The notes beneath the pieces were generated by a model. That model had not been told where the DNA came from, did no database searches, and worked only from the letters and a program-made list of their open reading frames with translations. Position numbers and translations under genes: made by a program. A stretch of DNA of 32,000 nucleotides. It comes from Promethearchaeota archaeon. GTDB taxonomy: Archaea; Asgardarchaeota; Lokiarchaeia; Sigyniarchaeales; SOKP01. Below, one piece after another: positions 9,060-18,406 of this stretch (within the stretch, counting starts at the first letter, position 1; each line of letters opens with the position of its first letter). Location: the NCBI GenBank assembly GCA_030606485.1, contig JAUWGH010000004.1:390001-422000 (forward strand). The letters run 5' to 3'.

Positions 9060-9332
9060 TTAAATTTTATTTTTAAATTTTACTCGTTTTTTAAATTCGA
9101 TTCCTCTTTCAGTTATGTAAAATTCTTCATTATTTTTGCTTATTAAATTAAGATCAATTAAAACTGGTAGTCTTCCATTAATGCATTCCATCGGGACTCC
9201 AGAAAGTAATTTAATCGTTTCTTTTTTCCTTGCCCCTTTTTCGATAGCAAGGAGAATCTCAAACCCCATATCTCCTATTAAATATTTCAAGTTTATACTG
9301 TCATTTGGGGGTTTTTTTTTGTTAGCAGACAT
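9060..9332 (-). CDS. Small winged-helix DNA-binding protein
   Basis: EILLAIEKG...TIKLLSGVPMECINGRLPVLIDLNLISKNNEEFYITERG fits a wHTH with wing; last coding gene of the kinase/SCP2/fusion run. Confidence 0.7.
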   Translation of the reverse strand: MSANKKKPPNDSINLKYLIGDMGFEILLAIEKGARKKETIKLLSGVPMECINGRLPVLIDLNLISKNNEEFYITERGIEFKKRVKFKNKI

Positions 9333-9374
9333 TGTAATATCTAAAACTAAAAAAATTTTAAAGGGTTTTATTTA

Positions 9375-11069
9375 TTAAATTTTCTTGCTTTCTTTGAAAA
9401 TCTCGAATATATCAAGTTCATAATCCACAGTCTCTTCTGGTAAAGATTTTGGGGTTCCAAGTAATTTCGCAAAAATATATATTTTTGCAGTTCTTTCTAG
9501 CATCTTTAAAACGTCTAATGCTCCTTCTATGTGGCTCCCGCAACATATATTTCCATGATTTGATAGAATAACAGCGTTTAAATCACCTAAAGCTTTAATT
9601 GCATTTTCGGCAATTTCTTCAGAGCCAGCTTCACCATAATCTGCTACTTTTACTTCGCCCCCAATATATGGAACAAATTCTTCAACGACAGGTGGAAGAT
9701 TAAGATCCAAAAGACTTAATATAGTAGAATAAACACCATGAGAATGGATGATTGCTCCAACATCAGGTCGATTTTTATAAATAGTTAAATGCATTATTTT
9801 TTCAACCGATGGATTTCTATCACCAATTAAAACATTTCCATCAAAATTTAGAACCAAAATATCATTAGGGTTGATCATTTCATATTTAACATTACTAGGG
9901 GTTATTACAATTTTTTCTTCATTTGGAATTCTAATAGAAAGATTTCCAGAGGAGCCAGAGATAAAACCTTCCTTTAATAATTGTAATCCAACATCTGCTA
10001 ATTTTTTTCGTAATATATGATATGGTATATAAGAATCTTCTTGTTTCTCTTTATAAGTGATTCCAATTCTTTCTAAAACTTCAGGATTTGCTATATTTTT
10101 AGGGGGTTTTTTATCTAATATTGATAGAACATCATCAACAATCATTCTCGAATGTCTTTTTATAACATTTACTGTATTACCGCCATAATGGGGTAATATA
10201 ATTACATTTTCAAATTTTAGAAATTCATTATCTTCATCAATTGGTTCGAGTGGAAAAACATCGAGAGCTACTCCAGCAATTTTTTTATCTTCTAATGCTT
10301 TTTTCAAAGCTCTATAATTCAAAACACTACCTTTTGCTGTATTTATCAAGTAAGAACTAGGCTTCATTAAAGAAATCATTTTTTCATTGATTAAGTTATT
10401 AGTTTCTTCTATTGGTGGAAGATGCAGGGTTATAAAATCTGATTTACTCATCAATTCTTCCAATTCTACAAGAGTTCCAAATTCTTTTACTTTATCTTTA
10501 TAAACAAAAGGATCAGTAATTAGTAAATTAACCCCAAAAGGAATTAATCTTTGTGCTACTAATTTTCCTATATTACCAAATCCAATAACTCCAACGGTCT
10601 TACCTTTAAGTTCAATTCCTTCAAACTTTTTATAATCTCTAACCCAATCTTCTAGATCAATTAGTTCAAAATCCTCTGAATGTAAATATTTATCTACTCT
10701 AGTTAAATTTCTTGCAAGAGTTAAAATTAAACAAAGAGTTAGATCTGCTACTGAGTCAGAATTTCTTTTTGGAGTATAAATAACAGGTATTTTTTTTTCA
10801 GATGCCGTTTTTAAATCAACATTATTCGGGTCATTTCTACATGAAGCGATTATCTTAAGAGAAGATTCTTCAATTACTCTTTTTTTTACATTATCACCCT
10901 CACAAATGAAAATATCAATTTGCTTTAACTTTTCGATTAATTCTTCTTCATCAAAATACAATTGTCCAGATTCTTTCCATGTTTCATATATAACTTCCAT
11001 TTTTTCTTTTAATCGATTAATTTCCGATTCGATAAGTTCTGCAGTAATTAATGCTTTCAGGAGAGACAC
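9375..11069 (-). CDS. Fusion: D-2-hydroxyacid dehydrogenase (SerA-like) + class II aldolase (FucA-like)
   Basis: N-part: GKTVGVIGFGNIG, ITDP, DFITLHLP, INTAKG, DVFPLEP, ILPHYGG. C-part: SSGNLSIR, ITPS, NPSVEKIMH, HSHGVY, LSNHGNICCG (Zn ligands and catalytic Glu present). GTG start. Confidence 0.9.
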   Translation of the reverse strand: MSLLKALITAELIESEINRLKEKMEVIYETWKESGQLYFDEEELIEKLKQIDIFICEGDNVKKRVIEESSLKIIASCRNDPNNVDLKTASEKKIPVIYTPKRNSDSVADLTLCLILTLARNLTRVDKYLHSEDFELIDLEDWVRDYKKFEGIELKGKTVGVIGFGNIGKLVAQRLIPFGVNLLITDPFVYKDKVKEFGTLVELEELMSKSDFITLHLPPIEETNNLINEKMISLMKPSSYLINTAKGSVLNYRALKKALEDKKIAGVALDVFPLEPIDEDNEFLKFENVIILPHYGGNTVNVIKRHSRMIVDDVLSILDKKPPKNIANPEVLERIGITYKEKQEDSYIPYHILRKKLADVGLQLLKEGFISGSSGNLSIRIPNEEKIVITPSNVKYEMINPNDILVLNFDGNVLIGDRNPSVEKIMHLTIYKNRPDVGAIIHSHGVYSTILSLLDLNLPPVVEEFVPYIGGEVKVADYGEAGSEEIAENAIKALGDLNAVILSNHGNICCGSHIEGALDVLKMLERTAKIYIFAKLLGTPKSLPEETVDYELDIFEIFKESKKI

Positions 11070-11075
11070 CTTTTT

Positions 11076-11426
11076 TTAAAATAATAATTTTCGTAATTTT
11101 ATCAAATTTCTAATTTTCCCAGAAACAACTTTTATTTTTCCAGAGGAATATGCCCCAACAGCCCCGATTTCTCCATTTAGAAGATTAATCAAAACTTGTT
11201 CTGATCCAAAATGAATTTTTACAGGAGCATTATCATCACCTACTCCAAATTTTATTTCAATACCTTGATCTCTATGAACTAAAATTAAAGATTTAGTTGA
11301 AGTATCTAAGAAAGTAAGTTCTATCGGATCTTCATAATTAGCAAGTTTTTTTCTAATTTTTTCTTCGGAATTATAGCGATCTATTATCACTTTAAAACCT
11401 TCTTGGATTGTACTAATTTCTGGCAT
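11076..11426 (-). CDS. SCP2 sterol/lipid-binding domain protein
   Basis: APVKIHFGSEQVLINLLNGEIGAVGAYSSGKIKVVSGKIRNLIKL matches the SCP2 C-terminal pattern; AGGAGA SD upstream. Confidence 0.8.
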   Translation of the reverse strand: MPEISTIQEGFKVIIDRYNSEEKIRKKLANYEDPIELTFLDTSTKSLILVHRDQGIEIKFGVGDDNAPVKIHFGSEQVLINLLNGEIGAVGAYSSGKIKVVSGKIRNLIKLRKLLF

Positions 11427-11549
11427 TATTTTTTCTCCTATTTTAATATTGAAAAATCATTTTCAACTATCTTATAAAATTGTATTAATATTATTAATTT
11501 ATTTAAAATATGTCATAAAAACTGTTTTTTAAGTTTCAAACTATAAAAA

Positions 11550-13058
11550 TTATACATATTCTAGTTGTTTTTTAATACGGCCCCAACGACGATAAATATT
11601 TTCATATATTTCAACGATTTCCTTGTTAGGAGTGACCCTTGTTAATTTAATTAATTTTTCTACTGCTTTTTTATAATCTTTATAATAACCTAATCCAATT
11701 AAAACATTAATTGCTTCACCTATAAATGCAGATTCTTTAATCTTCGGTAAGTATAGGTCCTTATTTAAAATATTTGATAGAATTTGATTAAAGCATTTTG
11801 AATTCGTCATACCTCCACTGCAAAGTATTTTATTATGCTTACTTACAAAGTTTAATATTTGGTTTAGGTTTTCCAAAATCCCAAAACCTATATTTTCGAA
11901 TATGGCTCTTAAGAAATTTTTTCTATCTGATAAAATTTCCGAAATTGAACCTGGAGTTGGAAAGACAAAAATTCCGGGTTTAATATTGATTTGATTCTGA
12001 ATATCCATTCTCTCTGGACCAAGAAATGCAAGTGTAGAATTTGCACCTGGTTTTGTTTCCAGTAAATATTTTTCGGTTACAGAATCTATATCATTCGATA
12101 ACCCCTTTAGAAATGAATCTTTATACCAATCATAAATTTTGCCAGTCATACCTGTATTACTTTCTATTAACCATTTATCTTTAACTGCATGTCGTGTTGT
12201 CCACATCTTAAATGTTGGGTCGAATCGAGGTGAATTTAGCACAAAATATAAAGGCGTCGTTGTTCCTAATGTAATTCCAATTTGATTATCATCAATACAA
12301 CCAGTTCCTATTAGATTTGCTTGAGTATCAGCTCCAGTTTTTATTATAGGGGTAGTTTTGGGTATTTCAAATTTTTTCGCTAAATCTGGTTTTAAATCTC
12401 CAGCAATATCTGTAACTTGAATAATTTCAGGAAAAATATCTCTATTAAAGTTGAAAGCATCAATTATTTTATCAGACCACTTATTCTTAACTATATCAAA
12501 TAAAAGAGATTCAGATGCGGAAGTAGGATCTGTACAATAATTCCCTGTTAATTTAAAAATAATCCAATCATCAAATAATAAAACTTTATAAATCTTTTCA
12601 AACAAATCTTCTTTTTCTTCTTGGAACCATAGAAGTCGAGCAAGAGGAAATATCATTGGAGGACTATGACCCGTAATATTAAATAGTGCCTCGTCATCAA
12701 ACATATCCTCTATTAGATATTGTGAATCTATGCCACGTAGATCACAATTTGGGCCAGCATATATTACTTCCTCTTCTTTAGAAAGGAAGATACATGCTTG
12801 TCTTTGAGTACAGGAAGTTATCCCAATAATATTTTTTGAATTGATTTTAGATTTTTTAAGTGTATTTATGATGCAATTTGTCAATTTTCTCCAAATTTCA
12901 TCTGTATTATAACTTTTTGCGAATCCTTCTATATCATCATTTATAAAGAAAAAAAAATCTTCATTGGATACCATAATTTCACAATTCTCCTTCACAACTG
13001 CAGTCTTAATTTTTTGAGAGGAAATATCAATACACAGGATTCCTTTCTCATTGGACAT
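11550..13058 (-). CDS. FGGY-family carbohydrate kinase (LsrK/xylulokinase-like)
   Basis: LARLLWFQE, DDWIIFKLTG..TDPTSASESLLFD, TGADTQANLIG, ITLGTT, RAIFENIGF, CSGGMTNSKCFNQILSNIL. Confidence 0.88.
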   Translation of the reverse strand: MSNEKGILCIDISSQKIKTAVVKENCEIMVSNEDFFFFINDDIEGFAKSYNTDEIWRKLTNCIINTLKKSKINSKNIIGITSCTQRQACIFLSKEEEVIYAGPNCDLRGIDSQYLIEDMFDDEALFNITGHSPPMIFPLARLLWFQEEKEDLFEKIYKVLLFDDWIIFKLTGNYCTDPTSASESLLFDIVKNKWSDKIIDAFNFNRDIFPEIIQVTDIAGDLKPDLAKKFEIPKTTPIIKTGADTQANLIGTGCIDDNQIGITLGTTTPLYFVLNSPRFDPTFKMWTTRHAVKDKWLIESNTGMTGKIYDWYKDSFLKGLSNDIDSVTEKYLLETKPGANSTLAFLGPERMDIQNQINIKPGIFVFPTPGSISEILSDRKNFLRAIFENIGFGILENLNQILNFVSKHNKILCSGGMTNSKCFNQILSNILNKDLYLPKIKESAFIGEAINVLIGLGYYKDYKKAVEKLIKLTRVTPNKEIVEIYENIYRRWGRIKKQLEYV

Positions 13059-13241
13059 AAAATTACCTAATGAAATTTATCTAGATTAATATTATATTTA
13101 TATTTAAAAAGATAGTAATAACTAATAATTTATTCACATAATTTTTTGAAAAATCTTAATGTTAAAGGAGAAAAATGTAAGAATTTATTTGAAAAAATCA
13201 TAAAGATTGATTTTTATTTAATAGACTGAGGGAGTTTATTA

Positions 13242-14474
13242 TTATTTTTTCTTTTTTTTCTTAGACACTTTTCTTTTCTTATCCACTTCATTTCTATAAG
13301 TAGGTTTTGATGATAAATCATCTAGAAAATTTTTTATATCAAATTCTTTTTTTGCAGGTGGTTCATATTTATCAGCTATAACCGCTTTAGTTTCTCTTGA
13401 TAATAATTTTCTAAGATATTTAGGAAACGAAGTAGTTATTTGAATATCAGTTTTTAAGATAACATAAATTGCCCCTTCATGTTTGAATTCATCAATAATT
13501 TCATGTTTTTTTAAAGTGTCGATAATTTCGATATAAGATGCTAAAGCTTTTTCTGATATGAGTTTGGGAAGAACACTTTTTAAAATTGGACCAGTTCTAA
13601 GTTTTAAAAGTACATTGTATATTTTAGAGTCAGAAATCAATTCAAATAATTGAAATGAATCTTCTTTAGTTTGTTTATATACATCAAAAAATTGTGTTAC
13701 TTTTTGAATAACAAGATCAATTAACATTGGATCTTCATCAAAATGTTCAATAACACTTTTTGGTGGCATTCGTATTGATTCAACTTCTTTTACGAGAAGA
13801 ATATATCTTTCATAACCAATTTCATTTATGTGAATAAAATCTTGATCTAATAATGTTTTTATTAAATCTTCAAATAATGATTTTTTGAACGTTTCATTGA
13901 ACCATTTTTGTAAATCTTCATATGTAATTGGTCCATTAGAAAGCTTCTCGAGTGTAAAAAAAATTCCTTTATCTTTTAATAGAATTGATATTTGTTCTTC
14001 TTCAGTTTTTTCACGAATTTCCTCTAATGAGGCCCAATATAATTCCTTTAGCCATAATTTAATTAATTCTTCATTTTCTTCTATTTTTTTTTGTTCAGCT
14101 TCATTATAGCTATTTTTTTCATTTATATAAAAAGCTTTATGTGCTTCTTCATTAGATTGAAGTTTTTCTGCAAATTCAATACACGATGAAAGAATATTAT
14201 GTTCTATTTCTAGAGTCGTTGATTGATCAATTATCACAGATAGCATTAACATTTCCCTACCTCCTCGAGCTATTTCCGAATAAATTTCGAAATAATAATT
14301 CATTGAATTAAGATCTTCAATACTATGGGTAAAAAAGCCTTCTTCAATAGCTTGGTCCATAATATTTGCAATTCTAACATATAGTCTAGCATCCAATACA
14401 TTTTCTGGAAACGAATAATATACTAATGGGCCAATCTTACGATGGAAATAGCTGAGAGAAACGATAGGCTTCAT
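13242..14474 (-). CDS. Longin/uDENN-like N-terminal domain + two winged-helix-like domains (NPRL2-like architecture)
   Basis: N-terminus SLSYFHRKIGPLVYYSFPE fits the FHxxxGP longin/uDENN motif; ARGGRE loop; two wH-like segments (LEKLSNGPITYEDL...LLDQDFI; LLKLRTGPILKSVL...LKKHEII). Confidence 0.6.
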   Translation of the reverse strand: MKPIVSLSYFHRKIGPLVYYSFPENVLDARLYVRIANIMDQAIEEGFFTHSIEDLNSMNYYFEIYSEIARGGREMLMLSVIIDQSTTLEIEHNILSSCIEFAEKLQSNEEAHKAFYINEKNSYNEAEQKKIEENEELIKLWLKELYWASLEEIREKTEEEQISILLKDKGIFFTLEKLSNGPITYEDLQKWFNETFKKSLFEDLIKTLLDQDFIHINEIGYERYILLVKEVESIRMPPKSVIEHFDEDPMLIDLVIQKVTQFFDVYKQTKEDSFQLFELISDSKIYNVLLKLRTGPILKSVLPKLISEKALASYIEIIDTLKKHEIIDEFKHEGAIYVILKTDIQITTSFPKYLRKLLSRETKAVIADKYEPPAKKEFDIKNFLDDLSSKPTYRNEVDKKRKVSKKKKKK

Positions 14475-14762
14475 ACCTTACCCCCTAAAAAAATTTTTTT
14501 TAATGAAATCCAATATTGTGACTTTTTTTTATTAATTTTTTAATTGATTTTTTTATGTATTTTTAAGATTAAAAAATATTCAAATGTGACTCTCTCTAAA
14601 CCATTAAAATACTAAATAGGATTTTATTAAATATATCGATATTAAATAATATCTGTCGATTAAATATATTAAGATTTATTTTAATTAATTTTTATATATT
14701 TTCTTAAGTTTAAAAAATATTTTTATTCATTTTTTTTAATCGGTTCAAATAAGTGAAAAAAA

Positions 14763-15503
14763 GTGGTAATTAAGGTAATAGCATTTGATTTAGATGATAC
14801 ACTTTATAATGCGACAGAATTAGCAAGAGAATCTAGAATTAGCGGTTTAAAAGCTATGATTAAAAAAGGGTTAAAAATGGATTTAAACAGTGCAATTTCA
14901 ACTTTGGATGAGATTGTTAAAGAATATGGCACGAATAATTCTCGTCATTATGATATATTTATTCTACGTATTAATAGATTTGAGCCCCAAATTGATTTTA
15001 TCAGAACAAATCAAAAAAACAAATACGTATCTGCTGCTGTTATGGCATATCATGGGCAAAAAATTATATCGATTAAACCATTTGATGATGTTATTCCTTG
15101 TTTGAAGCAAATTAGGGATTTAGGTATAGAAACTGCAATAATTTCTGATGGAATACCAATTAAACAATATGAAAAAATATTAAGATTGGGAATTGATGAA
15201 TTAATTGATTTAATTGTAATATCGGATGAGATTGGCATCAGAAAACCAAATCCCAAATTATTTGACTATTGCCTTAAAAAATTCGGAGTTAAGGGATATG
15301 AATCTATATATGTAGGAGATAATCTAGAGAAAGATCTCGTTCCGGCTCGTATGAATGGGATGAATAGCGTATATATTCATAGAGGTGGGAAGTATAATAA
15401 TATAACTACGGGAGAGAAAATTCTTAATGGAACAAAACCTGAGTTTGAAATAAATTCTCTTCTAGAATTAAAAGAAATTATAAATAAAATTAATTCTAAA
15501 TAA
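14763..15503 (+). CDS. HAD-superfamily hydrolase (archaeal TIGR02253-like)
   Basis: FDLDDTLY, IISDG, RKPNPKLF, YVGDNLEKDLVPA motifs I-IV; GTG start. Confidence 0.9.
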   Translation: MVIKVIAFDLDDTLYNATELARESRISGLKAMIKKGLKMDLNSAISTLDEIVKEYGTNNSRHYDIFILRINRFEPQIDFIRTNQKNKYVSAAVMAYHGQKIISIKPFDDVIPCLKQIRDLGIETAIISDGIPIKQYEKILRLGIDELIDLIVISDEIGIRKPNPKLFDYCLKKFGVKGYESIYVGDNLEKDLVPARMNGMNSVYIHRGGKYNNITTGEKILNGTKPEFEINSLLELKEIINKINSK

Positions 15504-15520
15504 GCAGATTAGGTGTTAAT

Positions 15521-16330
15521 TTGAGACTAATCTTAATTCAACCGGAAATGTTTGAAAACGACGAAAAATGTTTTTTTGAAATTCAAAATCTCATAAATAG
15601 CATTCCATCTATAGAAGAGAACTACGATTTAGTTTGTTTACCAGAAAGATGGATTAAGATGAATCCAAAACTTGAAAAAAATATTCAAGAAGAGAGGGGG
15701 TCTCATTATCAATTCATTAAAAAAATGGCAAAAAAATATCATATCAATATACTTTCTGGAGGGATCTGGGAAAATAGGGAAAATTCTGATAAAAATTATG
15801 TAACATGTTATTATTTCAATAAAGATGGTCAAGAAATTGGGCGCCAAGATAAAATTCACTTATATCGTTATGAAAAACTTTTTTTTGAACCTGGAAATAC
15901 TCTAAATTTATTTAATCTAAATGGAAACTTATTTTCTATTTTGATTTGTTTTGATATGGTGTTTAAAACCCCCCACCTTGCAGTTAAAAATGGTGCTGAA
16001 TTTTTAATATCTCCAACATTAATTAGAGAAGAAGGGTTGGAGAATTGGGGGGTTTATTTAAGAGCGAAATCTTTAGAAAACAGAGTTCCAATTGCAGCGT
16101 GCAACCCCTATGGGATTTTAAAAGATAGAACTTTTCCAGGTAATAGTAAAATAATTTCTTTTGTAAAAGGTTTTTATTCACCATCTAAATTAAAAGTTCT
16201 TGAAGCTCCATTAAATAAACACGCTATTTTATTTGATAATATTGATTTAAAATTTCCAAATAAACTTAGAAAAAAAAGATTTAAAGAAGCCATAAGTTTG
16301 GAGAAAATTAAATTAAAAAAGTATAATTAA
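15521..16330 (+). CDS. Carbon-nitrogen hydrolase (nitrilase family)
   Basis: Glu-Lys-Cys triad intact: CLPERW, QDKIHLY, LICFDM; RAKSLENRV; GGTG SD before TTG. Confidence 0.88.
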   Translation: MRLILIQPEMFENDEKCFFEIQNLINSIPSIEENYDLVCLPERWIKMNPKLEKNIQEERGSHYQFIKKMAKKYHINILSGGIWENRENSDKNYVTCYYFNKDGQEIGRQDKIHLYRYEKLFFEPGNTLNLFNLNGNLFSILICFDMVFKTPHLAVKNGAEFLISPTLIREEGLENWGVYLRAKSLENRVPIAACNPYGILKDRTFPGNSKIISFVKGFYSPSKLKVLEAPLNKHAILFDNIDLKFPNKLRKKRFKEAISLEKIKLKKYN

Positions 16331-16374
16331 AATTTATTAGCCGAAAATGATGGAAATATTATAAGAAACTTTCG

Positions 16375-17130
16375 ATGAAATGTAAAAAGCATAATTTATC
16401 CTATAAATATGTATGCCCGGAATGTTTCCAACCATATTTAAAGGAGACCGCCTTTTCGAGTTTAGAAGAAATCAGAGAATATCAAAGATTAAGTTCTAAA
16501 AGAATTAAGACAACAAATCTAAAAAATAAAATTAATTTAATTGCTTGTCTGAAAATTAAATATTATAATAATGTTGCTTACGCCGGAACAATATTTTATG
16601 ATATTAAAAACCAGAAAGCTAAAAATTTTGAGATAAGGAAATATAAACAGACCATTCCTTATTTTCCTACTCTTTTATTTTTAAGAGATCTGGAAATTTA
16701 TTTAAATTTAGCTGAACAAATTAAGTTTAATCCGGATTGTTATTTATTAAATGCAAGTGGTCAATTGCATCCTTTTCTATTTGGAGTTGCGTGTGATTTT
16801 GGCTTAAAGTTAAAAGAAGATATCCCAGTCATAGGGGTAACTAAGAAGAATCTTTATAAAAGTGGACAGTTAATTAACTTAAAAGAATTAAATGAATTTA
16901 AGATTGTAGGAGATATCGTATTTAAAAACCATTTAGTAGGAAAATATTTATCAATTATAAATTTAGAAAAAGGCATTTATATTTCTGTTGGTAATAATAT
17001 AAGTTTAAATTTAGCCATAAAAATTATATCAAATTTATTAAAATATAGAATCCCTGAGCCTATAAGACTATTAAACATTGAATTAAATAAAACTATTAAA
17101 AATGAAAATACTAATTCAAATGGAGTTTAG
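16375..17130 (+). CDS. Endonuclease V-like protein with N-terminal Zn finger; metal ligands lost
   Basis: IPYFPTLLFLRD, LNASGQLHP..FGVACDFG, VIGVTKK, IYISVGNNISL, YRIPEPIRL; N-terminal CKKH-x7-CPEC. Confidence 0.85.
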   Translation: MKCKKHNLSYKYVCPECFQPYLKETAFSSLEEIREYQRLSSKRIKTTNLKNKINLIACLKIKYYNNVAYAGTIFYDIKNQKAKNFEIRKYKQTIPYFPTLLFLRDLEIYLNLAEQIKFNPDCYLLNASGQLHPFLFGVACDFGLKLKEDIPVIGVTKKNLYKSGQLINLKELNEFKIVGDIVFKNHLVGKYLSIINLEKGIYISVGNNISLNLAIKIISNLLKYRIPEPIRLLNIELNKTIKNENTNSNGV

Positions 17131-17163
17131 TTTTGTTTTTAAAAAAAATTGTGGACTTTATAA

Positions 17164-17225
17164 AGAGAGAGAGTAAATTAAAAGTAAAAAATACAGAGAG
17201 AGAGTAAATAAAAAATAAAAAATAA
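17164..17225 (+). repeat. 31-bp tandem duplication upstream of the cdc6-like gene
   Basis: AGAGAGAGAGTAAATTAAAAGTAAAAAATAC (17164-17194) and AGAGAGAGAGTAAATAAAAAATAAAAAATAA (17195-17225); 28/31 identical. Confidence 0.8.
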
Positions 17226-17239
17226 AAAAGTGAAAAAAA

Positions 17240-18406
17240 ATGGCATCCCAAATAAAACCTACTTATTTTGGCCCTAAAGCTATATTTGATCCATATTTTA
17301 TTCCTCCTAAGTTATTGCATAGAAAATCTGAGGAAGAAATACTTAGTACAATTTTAAAGGACTCATTTATAGATGATTTTGGGGCAAATATTTTAATTAA
17401 AGGAATAAAAGGGGTTGGGAAAACTGTTTTAATAAATAAAACGATTTCAGATTTAAAAATAAACAGTAAAGATAATGGAAAAGATATTTTGAAATTATTT
17501 GTTAATTGTGAGGGGAAAAATTTAGAAGAAATAATAATTTCATTGATTTTAAACTTAGAAAAGACAGAAGAGATTAAATTAGATATTAATTTCCTGTTAA
17601 ATTTGACTATTCCAAGGCTTTGGAACATTTTAAAACTTGCTTGTAAAAAATTTAATACTTTTAAATTTCTTGTATTTCATAATATTGAAGAAATAGAGCC
17701 CAAGATTTTTAAAAAATTTTTAAGATTTGGTAAAGAGATGAAAATTTCAATAATATCAACAATTAACAGGATTTCCATCAATCCAGAATTAAATTTTCTT
17801 TCAGAATTTGATGTTAAAAAAAGGATTGACTTATATAACCCATCACAATTGTCTGATATAATTAAACAAAGATTTACTTTAACTTATCCCTTTAATATCG
17901 ATAATTCTCTTTCAGATTTCATGGTTGATTTAGTTGCAGAATATGATTATCTGAGACCAGGCAAATGCATAGAATTGATGAGAGAAATTTATCCAATCAT
18001 TAAAAAAAATAGAAATATTACGTCTGATCACTTGCGAGAACAATGTTTACTTCAATTTGATACTTTTTCTTTGGATGAATTTGAAATAATATCATATTTA
18101 ACGGAAGCAGATATTTTAATAGACATCTTTCTGGATAATTTAGCAAACTACTTTTCTAATGAATATAATTATTACATTGATTTAGTTAAATTAAGAGAAT
18201 TATATGAGGTATCTTGTGAGACATTAGAATTTGAAAAAAATTCTAGTGAATTTAATCGAATACTTGCAAAGCTATTAGATTTGGAAATTTTAAAAGAATC
18301 AAAATTTGATAGAAAATACACCAATAATACAAGATTTTTTTATTCAATAATGCAGACATCTCAATTAAAAACTATGATTGATGTTATATTTGGAAAAATA
18401 AAATAA
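17240..18406 (+). CDS. Divergent Cdc6/Orc1-family AAA+ protein with C-terminal winged helix
   Basis: FDPYFIPPKLLHRKSEE, Walker A GIKGVGKT, sensor-1 ISTIN, LYNPSQLSDIIKQR, LYEVSCE...FNRILAKLLDLEIL. Walker B degenerate (FLVFHNIE). Confidence 0.85.
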   Translation: MASQIKPTYFGPKAIFDPYFIPPKLLHRKSEEEILSTILKDSFIDDFGANILIKGIKGVGKTVLINKTISDLKINSKDNGKDILKLFVNCEGKNLEEIIISLILNLEKTEEIKLDINFLLNLTIPRLWNILKLACKKFNTFKFLVFHNIEEIEPKIFKKFLRFGKEMKISIISTINRISINPELNFLSEFDVKKRIDLYNPSQLSDIIKQRFTLTYPFNIDNSLSDFMVDLVAEYDYLRPGKCIELMREIYPIIKKNRNITSDHLREQCLLQFDTFSLDEFEIISYLTEADILIDIFLDNLANYFSNEYNYYIDLVKLRELYEVSCETLEFEKNSSEFNRILAKLLDLEILKESKFDRKYTNNTRFFYSIMQTSQLKTMIDVIFGKIK

